A stretch of DNA of 64,000 nt from Takakia lepidozioides. Taxonomy: Eukaryota > Plantae > Bryophyta. The stretch covers positions 33,418,001 through 33,482,000 of the forward strand of contig CM060734.1 in assembly GCA_030704615.1 (NCBI GenBank). Reading direction: 5' to 3'. Under the pieces are notes generated by a model. The model made no database searches. It was not told the origin of the DNA and saw only the letters and a list, made by a program, of their open reading frames with translations. Made by a program: the position numbers and the translations under genes. How positions within the stretch are numbered: position 1 is the stretch's first letter; every line of letters starts with the position of its first letter. This document shows positions 48,747-61,164 of this stretch, one piece after another.

Positions 48747-51700
48747 GTGGACGAATCGGAGGTGTGTGGTCCTGTGTCTAGCCGTTGGATGTATCCTATG
48801 GAATGGTATATGAAGACATTAAAAGGCTATGTAAGGAATATGAGCCGACCTGAAGGGAGCATGGCGGAAGGGTATGCTTTGGATGAGGCCCTAGGGTTTC
48901 TAACTGAGTATATGGCTGAATTTCATGCTACAAGCCGAAGGGTGTGGGACTCCAATGAAGAAGACTCAGTTAGTGGGGAGGTGGTTCAAGGATTGGGAAG
49001 TGTACGAGTCCTCACCATTCAAGAATGAGACAGTGCACACGATTATGTTTTGCACAACACAGATTGCATGAAACCATTCCTTGAGTATGTTGCTTATCAT
49101 ATCTTGTGTGTTTCATTTCTGCCAATGGTATAAGTTGTAATCCTAATTTGCAATTCTCATTTGGACAGGGCCTATGAAGAGGAGATGGCACTCATAGAAG
49201 CATCCCGCACTGAGTTCAGAACAACATTCCTTTGTGGACAAGACCAAGACCACCATAATGGTGAAATTCCATACCCAACAGATATGCGCTTACTGGCTCC
49301 ATTCCATGAATGGATTGAAGGTGTTGTCCAAGGTAAGGTGAGTTCAGGTGAGTCCTATGATTTGGACATATGCCATTTATGTATACCACCAGTAGTACAG
49401 TCCTTGGGCTTCAAGTCCATGTATGCTTACGGCAATCACTTTCGAGCAATACGTGATGGGACTGGCGCCACAGACACGGTGACATTTGATTCTGGAGTTG
49501 CTCAAGTATTCCATCAGGAAAGCGAAAACAGTGCAGGTATGTCGAGACAAGTGTTATCCCAATTGGAATATGTGGGTGTTGTAAGAGAAATAATTCAACT
49601 GGATTACGGAATTCTTCGCCCAATTCTGTTCTTGTGTAGATGGGTGAGGTCACACATGGTGGGCCGGAATGCCACCATGAAACGCGATGATTATGGCTTT
49701 CTCTTGGTTGACTTCAGTCGCATGTTACCTCGGATGGAGCAGCCCTGGACATTCCCTAGTCAGGTGGAGCAAGTTTTTTTCTCGGATGAAAAAAGTTCAC
49801 GAGGGAACTGGAAGGTGGTCCTTCACAATGACCCTCGATCCCGACGAGTGGTTCACGATATTACAGAAGTGGCACTGGGTGAGGTAGACACTTATGTAGG
49901 CATGGTGCCTCCTGAAGTTCCTCATAACATCATGACTGAGCCTGCTGTTTGTGTTCCTTTGAGTGAGGCAGATGAATTGGCCATTGCCAACTTGAATGCA
50001 CCTGCAAGGCAGAGGCAAAATGGTAGAAGGCGGAGGCAAGCTCCACATGGGAGGTACTAGGCCAGTTGTGCTATGGTCTAGAGTTGGTTTCTGCTATTGC
50101 ATGTATTTTTCCAGGGTTTAGACTTGATACAACATGGTACCTTGCATGGGTGGGAGTGACTGAGCTATTAGGGTGGGCAAAATTCTGACAAACACACTTT
50201 CATTTGTGACAGTGAACCCTAAACAGTCATGAAGCCGTGGCATGAATACTTTCCTGACCCTAGTCAATGGTGGCCCAATTGTGGCAAAAAGGTGAATGCC
50301 TGTTGGATTACAGAGAGTAGGAGATGCAATTGAGCATAGGAACTAGTGTGAGAAGTTGAGTTGGGTGTTTCCTAGAACAAATGTAGGCTATTATTGTCAG
50401 CTGCTACCAGCAAGGCAAGGATGTATGCATGATTTGTGCAGAGGCATGGATAGCTGAAGGAGCAGGGATAGAGTGTGGGTCCAGATTCATCCAAGACGGC
50501 CACATTTCAAGCACAACATTGCCTGTGAAAAAGGAAGATCAGGTCCATGGTTTCATTGTCAAAGCTGGAATTGTACCTGATGTGATTATGGACAATGCCC
50601 TCATGGACATGTATGCCAAATGTGGGAGCATCAAGGGCAAGCCTGGCAGCTCTGGGAAAGGGAAGATCCGGTCCATGGTTTCATTGTCAATTGTACCTGA
50701 TGTGATTCTGGACAATGCCCTCGTGGACATGTATGCCAAATGTGGGAGCATCAAGGGCAAGCCTGGCAGCTCTGGAAAATGGGAAGAGGTCCATGGCTTC
50801 ATTGTCAAAGCTGGAATTGTACCTGATGTGATTCTGAACAATGCCCTCGTGGACATGTATGCCAAATGTGGGAGCATCAAGGGCAAGCCTGGCAGCTCTG
50901 GAAAAAAGGAAGAGGTCCATGGTTTCATTGTCAAAGCTGGAATTGTACCTGATGTGATTTTGAACAATGCCCTCGTGGACATGTATGCCAAATGTGGGAG
51001 CATCAAGGATGCGAAGGCAATTTTCCAACACTATGGCTCTTGGAGTGATTTTGACATGTACCAGCGAAGGGGAGAAAGTGAGGCCCTCAGCAGACGAGTT
51101 GAAAAGCACTAGTTAAAAAGCACTGGCGCTTGATAGGGTGGGGCAAAATTCAGGCTGGGGTGATCATTGATATCCCGGACGCAGTGTAAAAAAGACGGTT
51201 GTGAGTGAAGTACACCCGTAAAAAAAAAACCCTGCTGTCTCAAAAAGGGAGCCAGTCACAAAGAGCAAGGCACTTTGTCCAAGCTTCTCGACATCTAGCA
51301 ACAATGTGGACAGAGAGGGAGTCATTGGGAACAATTTTTGTAAGGTGGCGAAGAAAACCTTGTCTGAGGATCACTAGATATTTCTCTAGTACGGTTGGAC
51401 TAGTAGAGATTGAAATCCGTGCTCAGCTCAGCTTTAGACTGTCTCATTGTGAGGGGTCATGGTTGACTGGACAGAAATGGGATTGACATTGCCGGGCTCA
51501 CAAATCTCTGAGACGACATGTGGTAGTTTTATCTATAGCTTCTCAAAGCAATTGTTGTACATTGTTGATTATAGTGTGACATTCTCATAACGATATTGTC
51601 ATCAGCTGCATGAGCAGTGCATCTTTTTGGATTGCTGGTTCCCGGAGGGATTATATGTGACAGGACAGAGGGCAAGTTATAGCCAATAGTTGCAGGCAGT

Positions 51701-52316
51701 GTTCAATATTGAAGAGAATTCTATGCCCTTTCGGTTCTGCCGATCTCCTTCTCATTTTACTTGAGGTTGTCTATTTTGAGAGCTTTGATGTTTGGATGAA
51801 AATGCATTTTGGCATCAACTTAAAGGGATGGCCTGCACTAGTGGGCATTCAGATTCTAAACGAGCTGGCAAAGAAAAACTACAGGTCCCACAACCCTCTA
51901 CATGCAGACCCCATAACCCTAATAACCTTTTTGAACTTTTCAAATTCTCTAAACAAAAGTCTATGTGTTATGTCCTCCAGGGCATGTTGAATAGAGGTGG
52001 AAGTCATTTCATCCATCCATCTTCCACTTGGATGGTCAATGTGCCACGTCATATAGTTGCCCCAAATTCCTGTAGGACATCTCACACTCCATGACTCATT
52101 TCACACTCATGTCAAATGCCCCATATGAATTATCTTGGTCAACATCCGTTGACCGTATGGGTGTCATTTGAGTGTGAAATTTGTAACACCATGTGGCTTT
52201 TCCTACAATGGTCCAGATCACACATTGCCTCCTCTCACATGGGTGTAAGAGGAGCCGTTCAAAGTGCCAGGTGTGAACTATGGGTGGTGTTGGAAAAACC
52301 GGTTTCTCTAATAGTG
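48747..52316 (+). mobile_element. 3' part of a CACTA (En/Spm) transposon
   Basis: Transposase C-terminal domains (GPVSSRWMYPME...RPEGSMAEGY; YVGVVREIIQLDY...FPSQVEQVFF...WKVV) at 48747-50060. Subterminal CACACTC-like repeats at ~52080-52290. Terminus ...TTTCTCTAATAGTG at 52316. Confidence 0.88.
50535..51030 (+). pseudogene. PLS-class PPR fragment amplified as a ~120-bp tandem repeat (4 units)
   Basis: VHGFIVKAGIVPDVILNNALVDMYAKCGSIK repeated near-identically, ending ...KDAKAIFQ. Confidence 0.85.
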
Positions 52317-55300
52317 GATGCTTGAAGACGTGGGCGAAGTAAAGTCGTCTCGTCTCCTGTGCCGTTGTCGTCTCCTTGGTGGGGATGAAATGGCCCATTT
52401 TACTGAACCTATCCATCACCACCATGATTGCATCAAATCCTTTTGACAGCGGCATAGTAGTCATGAAATCCATCGAGACACTTTCCCAAGACCCATTTGG
52501 AATCGGCAAGGGTTGTAACAGCCCCGCTTGCTTTTTGTACTTGCTCCGGTTTTGTTGGCATGTGGTGCATGTCTTGACATACTCCTCGGCCTCCTCCCTC
52601 AGTTTGGGCCAGAAATACTCTTTCTTCAAGAGTGCCGCGGTGCGCTTGGCTCCGCCGTGGCCCGCAAGCGGGCCATCATGGCATTTTCTCAAGAGACTAT
52701 CTCTGATCCCTCATTTCAGCACGTATAGACGTTTTTGCTTATACCAGAGCAGTCTATTTTGCAAGTGGAACTGCGATTTAACCCCCTTCCTCAAGTCCCG
52801 CATCACGGACTTTGCCATCTCATCCTTCCGGTAAGCCTTCCGGATCCTCCTTTGGAACGCCGTCTCGCCCGGGGGTTGCTATTCCATATGCACAGGTTGC
52901 GTGCATGCGTGCACAAAATCCCTTATTATATATGCATGTGACAAATTTGTATGCACACATTGTAGATTGTATGCAGTGGAGTTATATAACATAGAATACG
53001 ACGTATTTATTGCATATGCAAATGTTACATCATATGTATATAGAAAAAAATAAAATAAAAATCTTAGCTAACAAAATCAGTAGTCAATGGTCAAAGATGC
53101 ATGTGACCACTAACTCCAACTAATGCACCACCTTAAACTGAAGAGAATACAAGATCCCTAGCCAAAGTAATAGTTTGCAAACTTGTATTCAAGGAAAACA
53201 GTTTCATATTAACCAAAATATGGACTTTTGTACTAACAAATGCATATGTGTCATGTTTGGAACCACCACATTGCATGTCTGTTTGTAATGCCAAGCAATT
53301 CTATAATTTGAAAACTTGTATGATAGGTACACAAGTTCCATTTTAACCAAAATATGAACTTTTGTACTAACAAATGCTATGTGTCATGTTTGGAATAAAG
53401 TAGTAACAAGATAATTACATGTCACATGCATGAAAATGAACGGCACAAGTTAGAGGTTCTTTTTTTGTGCATTTCATGTGTCACTAAGAAGTTGAACTAG
53501 GGTCCTTCTTTAGCATAGCCCTAACCTCTAACTGGCTAAGGGAAGGTTGGTGGATCTCATAAGCCCCGGCGCATCCTAAATGCACGTTGTATATGAAGTA
53601 CATGTGCTTACAAGGTAGATATGTTTGTTTTTTCTTCTTGACAGATAGCTCATCAAAGTCGGGACAATCACAAGATGGAAACTGACCAATGTATACATTG
53701 TAAACCAATCCTGCTCTGGTAGATCCCTCTGTTTGTAGCTGGTAAATTCTCCCATAACCTGGCTGAGGCACGTTTCTGAATCCACGAACCTCAGCAATAA
53801 GAGTCTCCGCTGACTCTTGGCGACTCAAGTGTCGAGGAGTCGGATCCTGACGCCGAATGCGTACCCCATAGCGTGTAGTGGGATACTTACCCACAGGAAG
53901 GACAACACCTTGATGCATATGTTGTTCCACTGGAAGTGGTCCCACAGGAAAGTTCGGATCAGGAACGTTGGGAGGATGGACTAGTCGAAAACCTGCAAGG
54001 GTCAAGTTGTCCACCTCTTCTTGTGTAAGGTTGGTTCCAACCTTCACAGGCCACACGTTAGGTATACCCGGTTTTCCCAAGCAATAGGATGGCACGGTCC
54101 CTCCAACACACGACAAAACATCTGTGGGGCAAAATCAAAAAACTTGTAGTTTTGGTTCTTTCATGTTCGGTGCTAGTAACTTGCCAGTGAAGCAAGGTGC
54201 AGGACTTCCTTTACCTTTCCTGATGAGCACTTTGCATTTATCTTTGGAAACTCCAACCAAGGCAGAACAACGAACCATGGAAGCAGAACCTGTCCGCTGA
54301 ATCCTGAACAATGCATCGGAAAAGTCTTGTGTCTCTCTCACTGGATTTCCCCATTGCATTGGCTGAGGAGGGATAGCAACATGTGGATTTGTCTCACAGA
54401 AAGTCGAAGAACTAGGAATGTCATGACTTGATTTGGAGCTGACGAACCTAGATGGCTGGTGTGGACTGGGCATCCCAGTGGCGCGCACTGGAACAGTCTT
54501 TACATTCATATCACACCTCCAAGATTCGTTTGGCATGGAATATTCTATATATAATATTCTTATTCCATCCTTTGATATTTTGATTATGGACCCTAAGATT
54601 AGATGAATCACAATTTTTTTTTTTTTTTTTGGGTACCCTTATTTAAGTGTTGTGCATATAAAATTGTTCCTATGCATATCTAAAATTTGTATGCACGCAT
54701 ACATTCCTCCATATGCATGCAAAAGTGCGCATATAGTATAGGCTACCTCGTCTCGCCCCTGTACACCAACAAAAACTGTTGTTTTCTACTTAAAGCATCG
54801 GCCACCACATTGTCTCGTCCCGATTTGTACTGGATATCCATGTCAAAGACCGCCAAAGTATCTTGTCACCTAAGTTGTTTTGGGACAACTTAGGCTGCGT
54901 GGCAAAATACTTCACCGTAACATTGTCCGTGAACACCTTCACCAGGTTGGAACCAACATAGTGGCGCCAAAGCTCAAGGCAATGCACCACCGTCTTCATT
55001 TCCTTCTCATGCGTAGGCCACCGTTGCTCTACTTCATTCAGTTTCTTACTTTCGTAAGCCACTGGACGTCCATCCTGCATGAGTACACCCCCTATAGCGA
55101 AGTCCGACGCATCCGTATGAATCTCAAATGGACGGTCGAACTCCGGGATTTTGAGGACTGGAGCTTCTGCCATCCGCTGCTTTAACTCGGCAAAAGCTTG
55201 ACCACAAAATGTGTTCCATACCCAGACTTTGGATTTACACAAAAGGTCTGACAGCGGCCCCGTGATCTTGGCGAAATTTCTCACATACTTCCGGTAATAG

Positions 55301-58300
55301 GAGGCGAGTCCTAGGAAGGATCGCACTCCCGGGACCGAAGTCGGAGGCTCCCAGTCCAAGATCGACCTCACCTTTCTGTCATCCATTTTGATCCCATCCG
55401 GTGTAATCACATGCCCCAGGAACTCCACTTTTGTGACCCCGAATTCGCACTTTGAAGCTTTGGCATACAGCTTCCCTTCCTGCAATTTCTGGAACACCCT
55501 TTTGAGGTGCTTCAGGTGCTCTTCCTTTGTTTCGAGTACACCAGTATGTCGTCGATGTATACGATCACAAAGTCATCCAACCACTCCTGAAAAAGGCTGT
55601 TCATTAGCGTGCTAAAGGTCGCGGGTGGGTTGGTGAGCCCAAAAGGCATCACCAAGAACTCATACGAACCATATCTTGTCCTGCACGCGGTCTTTTCTTC
55701 ATCTCCTTTCGCCACTCGGATCTGATGATACCCGGAGCGCAAATCGATCCGACTGAAATACTTCGCTCCTGCCAACCAATCGAAGAGGTCGTTGATCCTT
55801 GGCAAAGGGTACCGGTTCTTGATAGTCACCTTATTCAGAGCCTTGTAGTCGACATACATCCGCAGCATCCCATCCTTCTTGTCTGCGAATAGCACCGGGG
55901 CTCCGTAAGGTGACTTACTTGGCCGGATGTACCCTTCTGACATTAGATCCTTGAGCTGAGTCTTCAGCTCGACCAACTCTCTGTGGCTCAACCGGTAGGG
56001 CGCCTTGGCAGGCAGCTCCGATCCTGGTATCACCTCAATCTTGTGGTCAACTCCCCTTCGCGGTGGCAGGCCGCTTGGTAAATTCTCCGGCATCACATCC
56101 TGGTATTTCTCCAAAATCCCCTTCATCCAATCTGGGCTCGGCTCCCCATCGCCTTCTCCCTTCACTTCTCTTACATAAAGCAAAAATTGGGGCTCGTGTG
56201 ATTCCTCCATGGCCCACTCCCTTGCTGACAGAAGGTTTATTTGCCCTCCCACGGGGTTGGGCGTTTCCGACACTCGTAAAACTTCGCCACCATTCCAACA
56301 CGGTAGCGTGACTACTCTCTTGCGGCCATCTATGACCGCTCCGGATCTGCTCAAAAAGATCATCCCCAAAATGAGATCCACTCCATCGATCTCGCAAATG
56401 GTGAAGTTCTCACGTCCCTCCCAACTCTCGAGCTGAAGAGGAACATCGAACGCTAACCTCGTCGCCAATTGTGGTTCTCTTTTAGTAGAACGCACCTCAA
56501 TAGAGGCCCCCACATCACTTGTCGAGAGTCCCAGTTTCCGTGCCGTTGCCGGTGTCATGAAGGAGTGCGACGCTCCTGTGTCCACCAACAACGACACGTT
56601 AGTTCCGGAGATTATCCCACTCACAAACATTAACTGACTCCCTTTACGCAAGGCGCTAGTTTCTTGATACAACTCACAAGAGTAGTTGCCTACCTTACAA
56701 GTCTTGGCGACCACCGCCTCCACCAAGCAGCTGATGGAAGCTTCGGACAACTCCGTGGTTGCCCGAGTCATGTTCAATTGTCGGGGATTCGTACACTTCT
56801 TGGCCATGTGCCCGGGCTCCCCACAATTGATGCACACTCCATCGAAGGTCACCTTTTGTCCGCCATAAGGCGTCGCACTTGATTTTCCTGTCAGAGCACC
56901 GGGTGCCGTCTTGGCGTGTGAAGGCCCTCCCTTCGATTTCCATGTGCCATTGTCGCCGCGTGGCCTATCCCACTTCTTTTCCAGTCGAAAGGAGTCACCC
57001 TCCCGCCGGGTCTTCTTGTGGTTCAACTCCGTACGGCCTTATCTTTCGTCCCTAGGGACATCCGAGAAACATTCAGCCCTCTCAATTGCCTCGTTCAAAG
57101 TCTTAGGTGGCTCCTCCAACTTTCGTTTGGCCCATAGGGGCCAGTCCCGCCACAAAGTTGAAGACCATTTCTGGTTCTGCCATGTCCGCGACTTCGAGCA
57201 ACAGCACATTGAAAGCCTGAACATATCCCCGAATGTCATCTGTTTGCTTCAGATTCCTCATCTTGTCCCGGGCGAGCCAGCACGCATTGAGGGGCACAAA
57301 CTGTCTCTTCATCAGTTCCTTGAACCCACTCCAGTTCAAGGTTTCCGGGTTTGGACCTCGGTCGTGAAGGCGTTTCTGCCACCATTGTTGAGCATAGCCC
57401 CTCAAATAGGTGGGAGCCACTTCCACCCGATCCTCGTCATTCAACTTGGCCGCCCGGAAGTACTGCTCTAGCTCCAAGAGCCAGGTGTTGAGTGTCTTCC
57501 AATTTTGGACGCCCTCGAAGGTGCCGGGTTCCTAAGGCTTCACCTTAAACTTTTCCTTAGTGGAAGTGGCATTAGCCGCCTTCAACACGTCTTTCAATGT
57601 CACGCCAAACTGCGCCAACAACCCTTCCCAAAAGGTTGCTGGCATGGGAGGCATCTGTTGGTCTGTCGGAGCTCTCAGAGATTCCTCGGGCTCCGACTCC
57701 TCAGATTCCTTCCATTCTTGAGTGACCTCATCTTCAAAAGCATGCATCGCTTCCTCAAATGGTCGCTTCGGTGACACGTCGCCCCCATCGGGCTCACCAG
57801 GATCATCATCTTTCGGGCCGTTCCGCTTTTGCTTTGGCTTGCCCAACCCCATGATGAGGCCGATCCCAAGGACGAACGCGTACTGAACTCTAAGCTCTGA
57901 TATTGGAGCCACCCCCACCGCAACCCGGTGTGCGGGGCTCCACCTAGTGAGCGCCTCCGCCTCCTTGAGGGGTGCTTCAGCCCCCCATACCTATCGCTGC
58001 CGCTGCCTCCACCAGAGGGGCAGCCCCTCATGTGTCCCGACCCCCTGCCCTCAAGGCAAAGGGCCGCGATACACACCCCTACCAACAGGGAATCGATGTC
58101 CTCATCGACTTGTCCATTTTGTAGAAACGAACATCCAAGTTGTGGCGTCCCACATCAAGGAATTTGTTTCCGCACCATGGCGTCCCATGGCAAAGAACCA
58201 AACCCCACACTTGACTCTACTCTCCACTAGCTAGTTCGGCCGACTTCCTCCAAGTCCCGGCCAAGGGTGGAGCCTCTCCAGCTCCTCCCAGTGCACTCTT

Positions 58301-58457
58301 CTTAGCCTACTTCAAGGCCAAGGAACGATCCTCCCCGAGGATTGAATCGCCTTACTGCAACAACATTGCTTGCGACCGCTGATGATGCCACTTTTGGCAT
58401 CACCTTGAGCAAGGGTTCCCTGGAACCCTCTTTGAAGGAAGACTAATAGGACGCGGA
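52317..58457 (-). mobile_element. Third Gypsy (chromovirus-like gag-pol), cut in the integrase by the CACTA; 5' LTR only a remnant
   Basis: gag 57103-57918, [47 protein letters not shown]-like AGTGGCATCATCAGC on the minus strand at ~58377-58392. Confidence 0.9.
52871..54749 (-). mobile_element. Non-autonomous MULE-like insertion with a SWIM-finger ORF
   Basis: 9-bp TSD GTCTCGCCC (52862-52870, 54750-54758); imperfect TIRs GGGGGTTGCTATTCCATATGC / GAGGTAGCCTATACTATATGC; ORF 53484-54116 contains CDCPDF...PCKH. Confidence 0.85.
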
Positions 58458-59220
58458 TTGCAGCTAAAAAAAGGTGATTTCTACTTCACCAAAGACTGTA
58501 AGCATGCAAAAAATATGGTGTTGCTCGCCTCCCGCAGTCATGAATCAATGTCAATCCAAATAGCCAATGCAGTGGCAGGTGAAAAGACAAGAAATGTAGT
58601 TGAGTTTGTCATAGTGTTTCACATCCTTCAACATGGGCGTCCTATGACAAAATATGAGTCATGTAAAGGGTTATTTGATTTCCTGCATGTTCTGAAAAAC
58701 CCAAAGAAGCAGTGGTCTGACACCACATGGTGGTCAATGGTTGAACATCTGCATACCACCGTCATGGAAGCAACAAATGCTATTGGGGCTGCTAAGTTTT
58801 TGGCTTTAACCTCTGATGAGGTCTCAACGGTTGACAACTAATCACAGATTTCAGTTCATGCTTATGTTGTCGACAATTGGGTACGTGCTCATATCTTGCT
58901 TTTTCTAGAAAGAGTTGTGGAGGGGGGTGGATCTGATAACTCACAAGGAAGATCATGGAAGCACTCATGATAGGTAGAGGCATGCTACAAGAGCGCATTA
59001 GAGATAAATATTGAGCTTTGGGGTTGATGGAGTAAATGTTTTTCAAGGGGTGAGAAATGGAGTAACACGGCAGATCCATGATGCATGGGCCTCTCACTCT
59101 TTGGGGATACATTACATGGCCCATCGCACTAACTTGTCGGTGCACGTACTATCAAACTTGACACTGGTAAGCAGACTTGAGAATTTATTACAAGCTCTGT
59201 ACACCTATTTTGTTCGTTAA
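58458..59220 (+). pseudogene. hAT-superfamily transposase fragment
   Basis: FLALTSDEVSTVDN, FGVDGVNVFQG, IHYMAHRTNL (variant of the C-x-x-H motif). Confidence 0.82.
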
Positions 59221-60990
59221 CCCTTAAACGACGAGCCGGCCCGAATGGGGTTGGCCGTCTTTATTATCCCTGAAATATCTCCCATGGATGAAGCTCGATG
59301 GAAGAACTTCCTGAATGAAAAATGTAGCGGCCAATGAGCTCTACACGCTCGACTTTACGGCGGCCGAATGTACAACGCCGTGGGGGATTTTTGTAAGTGT
59401 CAAGGGGGCCTGGAATCTGAGGCCGAGGGCTCTCCACGGGGGTTGACCCAAGCGACGTGGCAGAGCAGATGGGCAAGTGGGCGGGGCTTTCACGGCAGGG
59501 GGTGTGTGGGGTGTCTCCCTGTCCGCCCGTGATGACCTGCCCGTGCACTCATTTGGCTTCCAGGGCCGACCTTCACGTTGCGGGGTTTTCTGTCACGTGT
59601 CCAGGAAAACGTGTCGAAAAAGGCATGCCGGTCCGGCCACTGATTGCCTGACTTGGATATAATCGGAAATTTCACCTAAATGTACATCTTGTTTCCGGGT
59701 TTTGGAATTTTCCTGTCAAATTTGGGCAGGCTTGTCTGCATTGTTGCACCGCACCTTTCAAGGCCGATCATGTGTTGTTCCTTGCTATGGTTGTCTTCAC
59801 TTGGCCACTTACTCTCTTGTTGGGTTCGGCCTCGCTGCTTTTTGGTCTTTATGCTTTATGACCCTTGGGGTTTTATTTTTCCTCATTCAACAAAATTCGA
59901 GGGCCTCCCTCCTTCAAAACACCTCCAGATCTAAGAAAACTAGTTTTTTAACCATAGCATAATCTGAGCAGCAATTTTAGATGTGGATAATTCTGGTGTG
60001 GCCCAGACTTCTCCAATTCATTCCTCAAAAGCACTTAGGGCATCAACACCTCTGTAGGCGGTCATCCATGAGGATGCACATCATCCACATCCAGCTAGGG
60101 ATAGAGCCGCCGCGCCAAAGTTAGGGGGGTGGCGGCGGCCGGGCGCCGCGTAAGAGCCGGTCCACCACGTCGCGTCGCACGCTTCACGCCACCCACTGTG
60201 GCCGGTCACTTCGGTCACCCACCTAAAATTTATATTTCACGGGTTCCAGCATCCTGCCGACACCTGTCAGTCTGACTCGCCCAGCTTCTTCAGTTAGCGC
60301 ACCCGAGGTCGGGTTCGACGGGCAGACACAACCGGGCGGCCACACGCTTTGCTGCCCTCGCCAGCTCGTTCCCGGGTCGGCCCGCGCTAGACCGGGCGCC
60401 CGGGCGCTCCGGCCCGGCCGTGCCGACATGTTGGTTGCTCTTGACATTGGAAACTGACGTGCAGAGCAAATAAGGAAAAGGAAGAAGGATGGCTGGTGCC
60501 TCGCTCGCTCGCTCTGGCCCTGTGTCGGATATCTGCGATGCCTCTCGCCTTTGGTCCCCACCATCACCTTCACCCACACGTTCCTCTGTCTGCAATCTCC
60601 ACAAAAGGCCTCTTGTGACCACGCACTGATCTCAAGCTTTACACCCGCCCCGAACAATCCCTAATTCCAACATCGCTGTAAGCATGCGAGACTGATTGAG
60701 TGTGAGCTTGTATATTCCACTCTTTTGACCTTTCCAAACGACAGCATGAAACTCTCAGATTTTTTTCAAGTGACGTGTTGAGTTGACTTATTAAATCATG
60801 CAAACAGAGTTCTAAATGACAAACAGTGAAAGAGATTTGAGCTCCACCTTTTTGTAACTTATTATTATTAATTTGATTAAAAGGGCCTCCGTCCCCTTTC
60901 ATTAAAAAAAAAAAACCCCAGTTCTGTAAAAAAAAGAAAAAGAAAAAGAAAGATACAATTAACATCATAGTTGCGGGCCAACACAAGGAA

Positions 60991-61164
60991 TGTCTTACAT
61001 TGCTGTCCAAGCCAACGAATGTCTTAGATTGCTGCCCAAGCCAACGAACGTCTTAGATTGCTGCCCAAGCCAACGAATGTCTTAGATTGCTGCCCAAGCC
61101 AACGAACGTCTTAGATTGCTGCCCAAGCCAAAGAATGTCTTAGATTGCTGTCCAAGCCAAGGAA
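60991..61164 (+). repeat. 29-bp minisatellite, 6 units
   Basis: YGTCTTAGATTGCTGCCCAAGCCAACGAA head-to-tail with no spacers. Confidence 0.95.

Noticed and set aside
60991-61164. CRISPR-like 29-bp repeats
   Set aside because: The units are contiguous with no spacers, there are no cas genes and the context is eukaryotic: a minisatellite.
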